Assembly (NCBI GenBank): GCA_030427925.1
Contig: JAUICJ010000001.1
Coordinates: 235,388-299,387 of the forward strand
DNA: 64,000 nt
Direction of reading: 5' to 3'
DNA from: Bacteroidia bacterium
GTDB lineage: Bacteria; Bacteroidota; Bacteroidia; Flavobacteriales_D; Sanyastnellaceae
Shown piece after piece: positions 18,071 through 27,920 of the stretch (its first letter is position 1; every line of letters begins with the position of its first letter). The translations under genes and the position numbers were made by a program. The notes beneath the pieces are model-generated. The model searched no databases and had not been told where the DNA came from. It saw nothing but the letters and a program-made list of their open reading frames with translations.

Positions 18071-19090
18071 TTATTCAGCCGGGTTCCACGCATGGTAAAA
18101 CGTCCGGACGACCTCGAAGGCCGCCTTCGGTTGCCGGTGGACGTCCACCAAGCCCCAGTACTCCTCGTTCGCCGTTCCGTCGTATGGCACCCCGCTGCTG
18201 CCCGGCGCCCACCCGCCCGCGTCTTGCTGGTCGGGCTGTCCGGCCTTCCACCAACCGTCGGTGAAGGAGAACACCGCCACGCCCGCAGCGCGGGGATTTT
18301 CCGTGAGGATGTTGCCGAGCATCTTCTCCGTCGCGTCCGCTTGAGCGCGCTCGTTGTCGCCGGCTTCGTAGCCCAATTTCGCCACGGTCATGTAGCTGTC
18401 CGCCCCGAGTTCCGAGAAGTAAACCGGCTTGTCGCTGCGTTCGGCAAAGTCGGTGAGGGCGGTGTGGGACTCGTCCCAGCGGTAGACGTTCAGCCCCCAC
18501 AGGTCGATGTCCGGCAGCGCGTCGATCAATTCGGCTTCCGGCACCTCGCCGTGCGCGGTGGCCACGGGGTGGTGGGCATCTTCGGCTTGGATCGCCGCCG
18601 CCGCTTCCCCCAATGCGCCGTACCAGGTGTCCAGCGAACCGCCGAACCATTCGGGGTGGTAATTGTATTCGTTGCCGAGTTCCCAAAAGAGGATCGCCGG
18701 GTGCGATTTGAACCGCTTCACGTAGTCCAAATACGTTCCGGACAACAAATCGTACACCCCGCCTTGGTTGTACCCAAACCCGATGATGACCCGCAGGCCC
18801 GCTTCGGCGATGGCGTCGAGCACCGCCTCGTCGGCAATGGGCTCGTAGACGCGGAGGGTGTTCGCCCCCAGTTCGCGCATCAGCTCGAGGTCTGTGGCGA
18901 GCGTTTCGAAGCTGCGCGTGTCGCTGCCGATGGCCACCGGGTGGTAGCAAACGCCCTTGATGAGGTGGGGGCCTTCTGCCGTTTGAAGCCGCCCGTTTTC
19001 GACCCAAACCCCAGGCCGGGGCGCACACCCCAGCACCCCGATCAACAGGGCCAGCACAGCGAATTGCAGGGAGTTCGTGAAGGCGCGCAT
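18071..19090 (-). CDS. Clan GH-A (beta/alpha)8 glycosidase lipoprotein, family uncertain (GH5/GH2-TIM/GH72-like motifs)
   Basis: Trimmed to the ATG at 19090 (MRAFTNSLQFAVLALLIGVLGC, a lipoprotein signal), which overlaps the stop of the upstream gene. Motifs: IKGVCYHP, TLRVY, WELGNEYNY (acid/base) and VYFSELGAD (nucleophile). Confidence 0.65.
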   Translation of the reverse strand: MRAFTNSLQFAVLALLIGVLGCAPRPGVWVENGRLQTAEGPHLIKGVCYHPVAIGSDTRSFETLATDLELMRELGANTLRVYEPIADEAVLDAIAEAGLRVIIGFGYNQGGVYDLLSGTYLDYVKRFKSHPAILFWELGNEYNYHPEWFGGSLDTWYGALGEAAAAIQAEDAHHPVATAHGEVPEAELIDALPDIDLWGLNVYRWDESHTALTDFAERSDKPVYFSELGADSYMTVAKLGYEAGDNERAQADATEKMLGNILTENPRAAGVAVFSFTDGWWKAGQPDQQDAGGWAPGSSGVPYDGTANEEYWGLVDVHRQPKAAFEVVRTFYHAWNPAE

Positions 19091-20343
19091 CAGGGGTTCG
19101 GTTGCAAAACGTGGCGGTCCAACAGCTGGCGCTGCCCTTCGTAACTGCTGCGAATGGCGTTTCCTCCCCGGGTCAACCCGTCGAACACGCCTTGCTCCAC
19201 GAGGGACCAAAGCGCGTACTTCGCTTGGCCATCGGCCGTGAACAGCCCGAAGTGGTTTTCCGAATCGGTGGGGTTTGCCGCGCTCTTCCACGGTTCATCG
19301 AACGCTTCGAAGTAGAAGCAGCTGATGCCGGAGCTTTGGGTCCACTTCCGCATGCCGTGGTAGAAGAGGGCCTGCTTCAGCTCGTCCGCTGCGCGCGAGC
19401 CCTCTGGGCCGTAGAAGCCGTCGGAGAGGCTGGCCCAGCCGGTTTCGCCGATGTGCACCGGCTTATCGGGGTCCACGCTGTGAACGTACTTCACCACGGA
19501 GGCGTATTGGTTTTGGCTGTAAGCGAGGGCTTGCTGCATGGCCTGCTCGATGCCGCCGTCCGCCGCCGTCGAATCGCCCGTCCAAAACACCGGGTTGTAA
19601 TGCGTGTCGTGGAAGGGATACGTGTGCATCGAGACGAAATCCACCGCGCGAATGAGCGCGTTCAAGTCGTCGTTGTGGTATTCGGCACCGCCGCCGCCCC
19701 ACGAGGCGAAGTTGTCCGAGCTGGTGATCCACAGGTCGGCCGGCAAAGCGCCCTTCGCTTTCAAATCTTGAAGGTGGTTCACCCAATGCAAGATGACGCC
19801 GGGGGCGACGAAATAAGACGCCGCCCAATGCACCATCGCTTCGTTTCCGACGGCAATGACCTTGATGATGTCCGGGTATTGCTTCGCCAGCGCCACCGCC
19901 CGCTCGATTTCGGCCTCGTTCGACGCGTAATCCTGCTCGGTGTGGTTGGGCAAATCGGTCCACGCACCCGCGCAGTCGATCCACGCTCCCAGCATGACGT
20001 ACATTTCAAACTGCGCGTCTTCCTGCTTCAATTCGCGGATGGCCTTCACCACGTTCGAGGCGTGCGGCAGCTGCACGTTGTAGGTGCGCAAGAAGCGGAT
20101 GCCCATGGCGTGCAAAATCCGCAGGTCTTCCTTCAATTGAGCAACGGTCGGCTGCTCCGTTCGGCTCGTTCCCCGATAGCCGCCAAAGCTCATGGCGGTG
20201 AAGGCGGGGTTGCCCAAAAGTTCAGATGCCGTTCGGTCGGTCATGGTTTCGTGCTGGGTTGGTTGTCCGCAAGAAGCGACGATCAAGGAGATGAGCGCCG
20301 CTGCGAGTCGTGCTGAACGAAGTGAGGGGGTGAACTTCCGCAT
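19090..20343 (-). CDS. Glycoside hydrolase family 17 lipoprotein
   Basis: Lipoprotein signal (LISLIVASC), AVGNEAMV, HIGETGWAS and CFYFEAFDEPWK motifs. 417 aa. Confidence 0.85.
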   Translation of the reverse strand: MRKFTPSLRSARLAAALISLIVASCGQPTQHETMTDRTASELLGNPAFTAMSFGGYRGTSRTEQPTVAQLKEDLRILHAMGIRFLRTYNVQLPHASNVVKAIRELKQEDAQFEMYVMLGAWIDCAGAWTDLPNHTEQDYASNEAEIERAVALAKQYPDIIKVIAVGNEAMVHWAASYFVAPGVILHWVNHLQDLKAKGALPADLWITSSDNFASWGGGGAEYHNDDLNALIRAVDFVSMHTYPFHDTHYNPVFWTGDSTAADGGIEQAMQQALAYSQNQYASVVKYVHSVDPDKPVHIGETGWASLSDGFYGPEGSRAADELKQALFYHGMRKWTQSSGISCFYFEAFDEPWKSAANPTDSENHFGLFTADGQAKYALWSLVEQGVFDGLTRGGNAIRSSYEGQRQLLDRHVLQPNP

Positions 20344-20346
20344 GGG

Positions 20347-23300
20347 TCAGGCGATGACCGTGAGTTGGGCGATTTCGTGGGTGCGGCGGAAGATGTGGGT
20401 GCTCCGTTCGCGGTCCAAAACCGAGCCGTCAATCCGCTCGGTGCGCCCGTCGGTGTAGGCGATTTCGATTTGGGCTGCATCCCCGCGCACGTGCACCACC
20501 GGCACCTGGCAAACGGTGTAGGCCAAACTGTCCGCAGTCAGCTCAATCGTCCGGCGCTGCTGCTTCACGTCCACGTACTCGAAAGTCGCCGCCTCGGTCA
20601 GGAACTCGCCTTCGTGCATCAGGGCGCGGTCGAAGTGCAGCTGCCCCGCGGTCACGCGCACGCCGAGCTCGCCAAACCGGCACAGCAAGTCCTCCTTCAC
20701 TTGGCCGGTCATGCCGGGCTGTTGCGCGCCCTTGCCGCCCGGCGTGTGCGAATACGGGTCGGTGGGGAAGGCGCCGTACAACTCGGGCGATTTGTGCGCC
20801 CCGATGCCGGCATTGATCTCGAAATAGTGGTCGAAGAGGCGCCCCACCACCTCCGGCGATGCGCCTTGCTCCAACGCATCCTTCGTGACCTCGAACACGG
20901 CCAACCGCAGCTTCGACACCATGTGCCAGTAAATCGATCCCAGTCCTTCGTATCCGAAGAACGTGCCCGACCGGCCGGTGAACGACTTGTGGTTGAACGT
21001 GGCTTCGTACAGCGCCTCCACCTGCTTCGCGTCCTCGGCGACGAGGGCGTCGTACTGGCGGGGCAGGTTGCGGAGAGCGGCCTTGAGGGCGTTGCCGTTG
21101 TTGAAGTTCCCGTTGAAGTGGAAGCCGCCGGTGCAATCCCGGGTCACGATGTCCATGTTGCCGTCGGCCACGAGTTGGGCCAGCAGCTTGGATCCGGCCA
21201 CCGCACTCGGGTCGAGGTTGTTCTTCTCGAGGAAACGCGGGAGCTCCTTGTTCGGGTAGAGGACATAGCTGTATTGGTCGTCGCGGAACAACGCGCTGGC
21301 CTTCAGTGCGTCGAGCACGCCGAGGCTTTCAGCGGGGTTGAGCAGTCCGGAGCTCAGGACCGCGACTTGGCCTTCGAGCATTTCCGGCAATTCGGTGATT
21401 TCGATGCCGCCGTCGGGTTCGATGGTCATGAGGTTGTACGCGTGGTACAGCCCGTCTTTGCGCTTGTTCGCGTGGATCGAGTGCTCGAGGTGTTCGAGCG
21501 CTACGTCGACGAAGCTGGCGAGGTCCGACAGGTTCAGCGGGGCTTTGCGTCCGGAGAAGTCCTGGTCGTAGATGGTTTGGCGGTAATCGCTGGACGCGCG
21601 GCCGAGGCCGTCGAGGATGGCGCGCCGGTCCGCGTTGGAAATCCGTCCGGAGGTCAGGCCGCGGGTCGCGTTGAGCGTCTCGTGCATGCGGGTGAAGCAG
21701 GCGAGCAACTCCTCGGAAATGTGGACTTCGCGGTGGTTGGTTTGGGCCAAAACCCCTTGGAAATAAACCAAAAACCGGCGCAAGTAATACAGCGTCACCA
21801 TCGACACGCCGTTGCCCACGAGCGCATTGTTCGCATCGTTCCACTCCGGGCGCTGGGTGTTCATCCAAATGCCGCCCTCCGGAATGAAGTTCGCCACCTT
21901 CGCGAGCATCGTGGCCATGATCTTCTCGATGAAATTCACCTTGTAAATGAAGACGTGGGCCTCCCGCAAGAGCGCGCCATCGCCCCCGATTTCCTCCTTC
22001 TTGAAGGCGATTTTCTCCTCGCGGGCGTGGTCGAAGTCGATGGTGTTCTTCGGGTCTTCGAGCAGTGCGTCGTACGGCTTGATGCGGTAGGGGACGTTCG
22101 CGTAAACGAAGGAGTTGTTTTCGAAGTACGATTCGAGCTTTTCCGGATAATGGTCGCGGAGGAACTCGAGGAATTTCAGGAGGTAGATGATTTGGTGATC
22201 GCCCCAATACCCGATGTACGACCACGGGTTGTCCGGCTCAATGGTCTCCCATTCGAAGCCGTCCTTGAACACCCGGTAGGGGTTGTAGCCGTCGAACGTG
22301 GTGGCGTTCAGGAACTTGAAAATCATGCCCTCGATGAACTCGGGGTAGGCGTGCACCAGCGCTTCCCAGTTCTGGAAGATGTCCCGCCAGTTCCCTTGGT
22401 AGTCCAGGATTTTCGAGCCGTCGTCCTCGTTCCGGAGGTTGATGGAGAAGCGGTTCCACGGGCGGCTGGGGTCGCCGTGCCGCCGGCTGAACTTGAGCGG
22501 CAGGTACTCGGCGCACAGGCGCTTGAAGTTGAGGTCGTCGTCCTGATCCGCCTGCGCTTGAAGGAAGAACAAATCGAATTGCTCAGGCCAAGCCGCCATC
22601 GCTTCCTCCTTCTTGAAGTACACCTTGTGGTTCGCCCGGTCGATGTAGGCCATGAAATCCCCCCGCTCGATGGTGTAGTTCTCGTCGAAAATGCCGCCCC
22701 GCATGATGTTGAACATCGTGTTGGCGAAGTGGCGGATGTTGCGGCGGCGGTCGGCGGTCAGTTGCAACCCGTCGCTTGCCGCGACCAGCTCGATGAGGTG
22801 GCTGGTTCCGGCTTCGACGTCGGCCAGCAGTTCCTGCTTGAGCTGGTCGGGCGATTGCAGGTCGCGCTTCAAGCGCACCACCCCGCGAATCGACTGCCCC
22901 AGGTTCGCCACGATCATCCAGTCCTTGCTCGCGCCGGGCGCCAAATCGAATTCCTCCTGAATGAAGTACGCGCCGCGTTCGGCCTTCACGTCGACCTCGG
23001 TCTCGAGGGCTTCGCCGGCCTTGAAGGCGTTGAGTTGCCGCGAGGACAGGAGCACGCGAGGCGCCTCGAAGCCGAGGGACCAAACCACGTTGGCCTTCAA
23101 CGATTCGCTCGGTTCCGCCTTGTCCGAAATGATGGCGCTCAGCGCATAGACCCCGAGGTTTCCTTCCTCCAACTCGCACTTCTTGTAGGCATCGACGAGG
23201 TTGCTGCTGCCGCGTTGCAGGCCTTCCGGCACGCCATAGGGCAATACGTTTTGGATGCCGTCGAGCACGCTGACTCGCGTGGCCGTGGATCCAGTGGAAT

Positions 23301-23856
23301 GAAGCGTTGCGTGGCGCACAAACCCGAAGCGCTCGCTTGAAGCCCACTCGTAGCAGAAGGTCAACCCCAAGTCGTGGTTGACCTCCTCGAACCGCACCTT
23401 GTTGCCATAAGCGTTTTTGTACAGGTTCCGCTCGATGCGGTAGACCCCGCGATTCGATTCCGAGAAGGGCTGCCAAAGTGAGCGGCGGTCATCGGCTTCC
23501 ACCAGAATGACGGTCTTGCTGCCCGTGTGCTCCGCGGATTCCGTGATCTTGTCGTCGGTGTAGTAGGGGAACAGAGCGAAGTCGCTGTTGACCCTTCCTG
23601 CGGTCAATCCGCCGTTGCTGGCCAAAAACATCCAGTGGTCCGAATGGCTCACGATGCTCATGAAAAACGGCCGCATCCGATCCACCGCTTGGATCTTGTA
23701 GTAGGTCTCGCCATCGACGGTGACCTCCTCGCCATGGGTGGGTGCATTGGAAACGTGGAAGGGCTGCTGCCCCAAGTAAATCGGTTTGCGGTTCACGGTC
23801 TCGCTCATGTCAACGTGGTCGTAGGTTCTGGTGTGGTCGTTCGTCTCGGTCTGCAT
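20347..23856 (-). CDS. Large cytoplasmic glycoside phosphorylase-like protein, probable GH149 beta-1,3-glucan phosphorylase
   Basis: Trimmed to the ATG at 23856 (MQTETNDH...), giving 1169 aa with no signal peptide. The size and the beta-glucan operon context (GH17/GH30/GPH) match what is known for bacterial GH149 members. The family assignment rests on context and overall resemblance and was not verified by search. Confidence 0.55.
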   Translation of the reverse strand: MQTETNDHTRTYDHVDMSETVNRKPIYLGQQPFHVSNAPTHGEEVTVDGETYYKIQAVDRMRPFFMSIVSHSDHWMFLASNGGLTAGRVNSDFALFPYYTDDKITESAEHTGSKTVILVEADDRRSLWQPFSESNRGVYRIERNLYKNAYGNKVRFEEVNHDLGLTFCYEWASSERFGFVRHATLHSTGSTATRVSVLDGIQNVLPYGVPEGLQRGSSNLVDAYKKCELEEGNLGVYALSAIISDKAEPSESLKANVVWSLGFEAPRVLLSSRQLNAFKAGEALETEVDVKAERGAYFIQEEFDLAPGASKDWMIVANLGQSIRGVVRLKRDLQSPDQLKQELLADVEAGTSHLIELVAASDGLQLTADRRRNIRHFANTMFNIMRGGIFDENYTIERGDFMAYIDRANHKVYFKKEEAMAAWPEQFDLFFLQAQADQDDDLNFKRLCAEYLPLKFSRRHGDPSRPWNRFSINLRNEDDGSKILDYQGNWRDIFQNWEALVHAYPEFIEGMIFKFLNATTFDGYNPYRVFKDGFEWETIEPDNPWSYIGYWGDHQIIYLLKFLEFLRDHYPEKLESYFENNSFVYANVPYRIKPYDALLEDPKNTIDFDHAREEKIAFKKEEIGGDGALLREAHVFIYKVNFIEKIMATMLAKVANFIPEGGIWMNTQRPEWNDANNALVGNGVSMVTLYYLRRFLVYFQGVLAQTNHREVHISEELLACFTRMHETLNATRGLTSGRISNADRRAILDGLGRASSDYRQTIYDQDFSGRKAPLNLSDLASFVDVALEHLEHSIHANKRKDGLYHAYNLMTIEPDGGIEITELPEMLEGQVAVLSSGLLNPAESLGVLDALKASALFRDDQYSYVLYPNKELPRFLEKNNLDPSAVAGSKLLAQLVADGNMDIVTRDCTGGFHFNGNFNNGNALKAALRNLPRQYDALVAEDAKQVEALYEATFNHKSFTGRSGTFFGYEGLGSIYWHMVSKLRLAVFEVTKDALEQGASPEVVGRLFDHYFEINAGIGAHKSPELYGAFPTDPYSHTPGGKGAQQPGMTGQVKEDLLCRFGELGVRVTAGQLHFDRALMHEGEFLTEAATFEYVDVKQQRRTIELTADSLAYTVCQVPVVHVRGDAAQIEIAYTDGRTERIDGSVLDRERSTHIFRRTHEIAQLTVIA

Positions 23857-24261
23857 TTTTCCTTCACAGGTTGCGGCGCAACGATGGATGTTCCAAGACG
23901 GCGGAAGCGAATTTAACCCTTGAGTTTGGAAGTCGTCGCATGTCGAAAACAACGCAATGGCCGATTGGGTCATTCCCCGCCGCCTTTTTTTCAGTGTACA
24001 TGGGACATGGCGGGCGGAACGCGCGGGCAGGGGGTTCGGGTGTTGTTGGGGTGCGGTAGCGTTAATGTGCAGGTGATGCGAAGGAAGTTTAATCGAATTT
24101 GCGCCCAAAAGCGAGGGGGGCTGAGTAGTGTTCGTCCGCTCATTGTAGAGGAATGCCCTCGTGATTGAGTGTGTGAGGCGCGGGGCGGTCGGGGACACAC
24201 TTGGCGGAAATCAGCGGGACGGACGCATGGATTTCAAAGCAAATGGATGCAACTTTCGTCC

Positions 24262-24630
24262 ATGGCCTCCACCGCTCACCACGACGATCGCATTGCCGCG
24301 ATGACCTTCGCATCCGTCTACCCCCATTACGTTGCGAAGGTGGAACGGAAGGGCCGATCGGAGGCCGAGTTGATGGCGGTCATCACGTGGCTGACCGCGT
24401 TGAGCGAGACGGAAGTGATGCGCCACTTGGAGGGGCGCAGCACGTTTGCGGAACTTTTTACCGCGGCGCCCATGGCGGAAGGCGCCCACCTGATTACTGG
24501 AGTCATTTGCGGCTACCGCGTGGAGGAAATCGAGAACGCGTTGACGCAAAAGGTGCGGTGGTTGGACAAGGTCGTCGATGAATTGGCCCGGGGAAAGGCC
24601 ATCGAGAAGATCTGCCGCCAGCCCCATTGA
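24262..24630 (+). CDS. DUF2200-family protein
   Basis: MTFASVYPHYVAKVERKGRSEAEL... is the recognisable DUF2200 core. The start was chosen at the ATG at 24262; 24247 is an alternative. Confidence 0.7.
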   Translation: MASTAHHDDRIAAMTFASVYPHYVAKVERKGRSEAELMAVITWLTALSETEVMRHLEGRSTFAELFTAAPMAEGAHLITGVICGYRVEEIENALTQKVRWLDKVVDELARGKAIEKICRQPH

Positions 24631-24666
24631 CCGCTGTGTCCGCAAGGAAATGCGTACCTTGAAAGC

Positions 24667-25341
24667 ATGATTCAACTCCTGAAAACGGGAGCGGTGATGG
24701 GGGCGTTGGTGCTTACCGGATTCGCCCGAGGTCAAGAACCGTGGCCGGCCATTCCGGGCATTGATGAAGGGGCGGCGTCCGTACACAGCCAGGCGACGTT
24801 CGTGCCGACCCTGGGGCTCGCGGCCTTGAGCTACGGGCTGGCCCGTTGGGTGGACGACGCCGAGCGGGCGCATCGCATGCAGGTGCGCTTCGGGGTGTAC
24901 GGCCTCCAAGACCACCTCGTCTTCAACCAAGCCGTGGGGGTGGAGCAGCAGGTGGCGCCGTGGTTTTCATTGAGTTGGGAAGTGCTCGTGCAGGAGTGGC
25001 GTGCGGATTTGGCCACCGACAACGCGCACGGCATCGGGGTCGGCCTCAACCCGTGGGCCAAATGGACCGCCTTCCCCGCCCGCAAGCTGTCGCCCTTCGT
25101 GGAGGCCGGCACCGGCGCGTTCTACGGTTTCACCCGGTTCCCCGCCGCCGGCACCCGGTTCACGTTTCATTTGAACACGAATTTGGGTTTGGAGTGGGAC
25201 CTCGAGGGCGGCGATGGCGTGCGCCTCACCTACGGTCACTTGCACCAATCGAACAACGGACTCGGCGAGCGCAACCCCGGCATTGTCGGCAATGGGCTGA
25301 CCGTCAGCTGGTCGCGCCGCTTTGCATCGGAACGCCCATGA
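24667..25341 (+). CDS. Acyloxyacyl hydrolase / PagL-like outer-membrane lipid deacylase
   Basis: Signal peptide and beta-barrel-like alternation. The C-terminal motif LTYGHLHQSNNGLGERNPG is typical of the acyloxyacyl hydrolase family. Confidence 0.7.
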   Translation: MIQLLKTGAVMGALVLTGFARGQEPWPAIPGIDEGAASVHSQATFVPTLGLAALSYGLARWVDDAERAHRMQVRFGVYGLQDHLVFNQAVGVEQQVAPWFSLSWEVLVQEWRADLATDNAHGIGVGLNPWAKWTAFPARKLSPFVEAGTGAFYGFTRFPAAGTRFTFHLNTNLGLEWDLEGGDGVRLTYGHLHQSNNGLGERNPGIVGNGLTVSWSRRFASERP

Positions 25342-26537
25342 CCATCATTTTGTACGCCATTCCTGTGTTCCTGGCGCTCCTCGGCCTCGAGGTGTGGTGG
25401 GATGCCCGTGGGCAGCGGGGGGTGTACCGGATGGGGGATACGTTGGCGAATTTGGGGTGCGGCATCATGGACCAAACCACCGGGCTGCTCGCAAAGTTGG
25501 CCACGGTCGCTGCCTTCACGGGGGTCTACGCGCTCGGTGCGGAGTGGCGCGGGGATTGGGCGTGGCCGGAGACGGCGGGCGGGTTTGCGGCGGCGTTCGT
25601 GCTGGGGGATTTTGCGTATTACTGGTCGCACCGGTGGTCGCATCGGGTGAACGTGTTTTGGATCGGCCACGTCGTGCACCACCAGTCGGAGGATTACAAT
25701 TTGGGCGTGGCGTTGCGCCAGAGTGCAGCCCAAAAGCTGTTGATGATGTGGGTCTACTGGCCGCTCGCTTGGGCGGGGGTTCCGCCGTGGATGTTCGCCA
25801 GTGCGATGGCGCTGAATTTGGTCTACCAATTCTGGATCCACACGGAGGCCATTCGGCACCTCGGGCCGCTGGAATGGGTGCTGAATACGCCGTCGCACCA
25901 CCGCGTGCACCACGGGCGCGACCCGGAGTACATCGACAAGAACCACGGGGGCGTGTTCATCGTTTGGGACCGGTTGTTTGGGACGTTTCAGCGGGAGCGG
26001 CAGGCGCCGACGTATGGCATCACGACGCCGGCGGCGACCTTCAATCCGGTGCGGGCCCAAGTCCAGCCCTGGGTGCGGTTGTGGCGCGGGGTGCAAGCGA
26101 TGCCGACCCTGGGGCTGAAGCTGCGTTACCTGTTCGCCCCGCCTGGCTGGACGCCGGACGGGGTGGTGCCTCCGCCCGCCATCACCGGGACGGAGCGCAA
26201 GTTCGAAGCGGAACCGCCGCGCGCGTTGCTCGGGCCGTTGCTCGCGCGCTGGGTTGTGACCTTGGTTGGCGCTTTCGGGTTGCTCCTTGCTGAACGGGCG
26301 TTGCCGATGCCGTTGGTGCTGGCGGGCATCGCGTGGGTGCTGTGGAACCTGTGGTGGGTGGGAGCGACGTGGGACGGGGACGGGCCCGGCGATGCGTTGA
26401 GCGGAATCGGCGATGCGGCGTTGGTGGTGTGGGCAGCACTGGCGATGGGCGTGCCGGTGGCGTTGGGCGTGGCGGCGCTGTTGGGTGGGCTGCAGGTGTG
26501 GACGTGGGTCAGCGCAGGGACTCGCCGTGCTGGCTGA
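25338..26537 (+). CDS. Fatty acid hydroxylase / sterol desaturase superfamily membrane protein with C-terminal TM extension
   Basis: ATG at 25338 in an ATGA overlap with the upstream stop. Histidine boxes HRWSH, HVVHHQSEDYN and HHRVHHG, plus WDRLFGTF. Confidence 0.8.
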   Translation: MTIILYAIPVFLALLGLEVWWDARGQRGVYRMGDTLANLGCGIMDQTTGLLAKLATVAAFTGVYALGAEWRGDWAWPETAGGFAAAFVLGDFAYYWSHRWSHRVNVFWIGHVVHHQSEDYNLGVALRQSAAQKLLMMWVYWPLAWAGVPPWMFASAMALNLVYQFWIHTEAIRHLGPLEWVLNTPSHHRVHHGRDPEYIDKNHGGVFIVWDRLFGTFQRERQAPTYGITTPAATFNPVRAQVQPWVRLWRGVQAMPTLGLKLRYLFAPPGWTPDGVVPPPAITGTERKFEAEPPRALLGPLLARWVVTLVGAFGLLLAERALPMPLVLAGIAWVLWNLWWVGATWDGDGPGDALSGIGDAALVVWAALAMGVPVALGVAALLGGLQVWTWVSAGTRRAG

Positions 26538-27792
26538 GGTCGAGGCCGCGTTCTTCCTGCTCCTGCGTGACGCGCACCGGTAGGGCCGCGTTGACGAGGA
26601 GGAACAGGACGTAGGCGCCGCCGAACGTGAACAGGATGACGCCGACGAGGGCCGCGAGGTGCACGGCGAAGGGACCCCAGCCGCCGCCGTGGACGAGGCC
26701 GACGTCCCGGGCGAACAGGGCCGTCATGAGCATGCCCACGATGCCACCCACGCCATGGCTGGGGAAGACGTCGAGGGTGTCGTCGATTTGGGTTTGGGGC
26801 CAAAACCGAATCGCCGCATTGCTCACCAGCGCCGCCACCAGTCCGATGAGCATGCTCTCCCCGAGCGTCACGAAACCGGCCGCGGGCGTGATGGCCACCA
26901 GCCCGACGATGGCGCCGATGCACGCGCCCACCGCCGACATCTTCCGCCCCATGAACCGCTCGTAGAACATCCAGGCGATCATGGCCGTGGCCGAAGCGAG
27001 GTTCGTGTTCGCGAAGGCGAGGACCGCGTCGCCGTTCGCGCCGAAGGCGCTGCCCGCGTTGAAGCCGAACCACCCGAACCACAGGAGGCCCGTGCCGAGG
27101 ATGACGAACGGGATGTTCGCCGGTTCCTCCTCGCGCGGGTTTTGGCGCTTCCCGAGGAAGACCGCTCCCGCAAGCGCGGCCAGCCCCGCCGACATGTGCA
27201 CCACCGTGCCGCCCGCGAAGTCCAGCACCCCCGCCTGGCGCAGCAGCCCGTCCGGGTGCCACGTCATGTGGGCGAGCGGCGCGTAAATGAGCAGGCTGAA
27301 CAGCACCATGAACAGGATGTAGCTCCGGAACCGCAGGCGTCCCGCGAGGCTCCCGGTGATGAGCGCCGGCGTGATGATCGCGAATTTGAGCTGGAACAGG
27401 GCGAAGAGGAGGAAGGGAATTGTGGGGGCGAAATCGGGGTTTGGCTTGAGCCCCACGCCGTTGAAGGCCAAAAACGTCATCGGATTCCCGACCACGCCCC
27501 CCACGCTCTCCCCGAAGCACAGGCTGAAGCCGACGACGACCCAAACGACGCTGACCACGCCGAGCGCCACGAAGCTTTGCAACATGGTGCTGATGATGTG
27601 CTTGCGGTGCACCATGCCGCCGTAAAAGAACGCGAGCCCCGGCGTCATCAGCAGGACGAACGCGCTCGCCACGAGCATCCACGCGGTGTCGCCGGAGTCG
27701 ATGCCTTCGGCGGGGGCGAGTTCAGCCCCGCCCGCGAGCCAGGCGATGAGCACGAAAAGGAGGAGGAAAATGAAGTTCAGGCGGCGTCCCAT
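26509..27792 (-). CDS. amt: Ammonium transporter (Amt family)
   Basis: DTAWMLVASAFVLLMTPGLAFFYGGMV and the later AGGTVVHMSAG and GVGGIVG motifs. I prefer the ATG at 27792; the track start at 27813 is a TTG lying inside the 108-bp repeat. Confidence 0.88.
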   Translation of the reverse strand: MGRRLNFIFLLLFVLIAWLAGGAELAPAEGIDSGDTAWMLVASAFVLLMTPGLAFFYGGMVHRKHIISTMLQSFVALGVVSVVWVVVGFSLCFGESVGGVVGNPMTFLAFNGVGLKPNPDFAPTIPFLLFALFQLKFAIITPALITGSLAGRLRFRSYILFMVLFSLLIYAPLAHMTWHPDGLLRQAGVLDFAGGTVVHMSAGLAALAGAVFLGKRQNPREEEPANIPFVILGTGLLWFGWFGFNAGSAFGANGDAVLAFANTNLASATAMIAWMFYERFMGRKMSAVGACIGAIVGLVAITPAAGFVTLGESMLIGLVAALVSNAAIRFWPQTQIDDTLDVFPSHGVGGIVGMLMTALFARDVGLVHGGGWGPFAVHLAALVGVILFTFGGAYVLFLLVNAALPVRVTQEQEERGLDLSQHGESLR

Positions 27793-27812
27793 GGCGTTGA
27801 GTTTGGCGTTCA

Positions 27813-27920
27813 ACCGGACCGGGTCATTGCCGTCGGTGGGCGCAAATTAAAACGCAGTGCGCTGAAAATCAATTGATGTCCCGGGGACACGTCAAAGCGC
27901 GGCGAGCTGGGCGCGGGCGG
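27813..27920. repeat. 108-bp direct repeat, copy A
   Basis: Aligned by eye to 30606-30713 at a constant offset of 2,793 bp. 102 of 108 positions are identical, with a perfect 51-bp core at 27837-27887. Confidence 0.9.

Noticed and set aside
24096-24106. 11-mer AATTTGCGCCC upstream of the GH149-like operon, the reverse complement of the GGGCGCAAATT at the start of the 51-bp perfect core of the 108-bp repeats
   Set aside because: It is a single 11-nt match in GC-biased sequence with different relative orientation to the nearest genes. It is plausibly chance, so I do not call it a regulatory motif without a genome-wide motif count.
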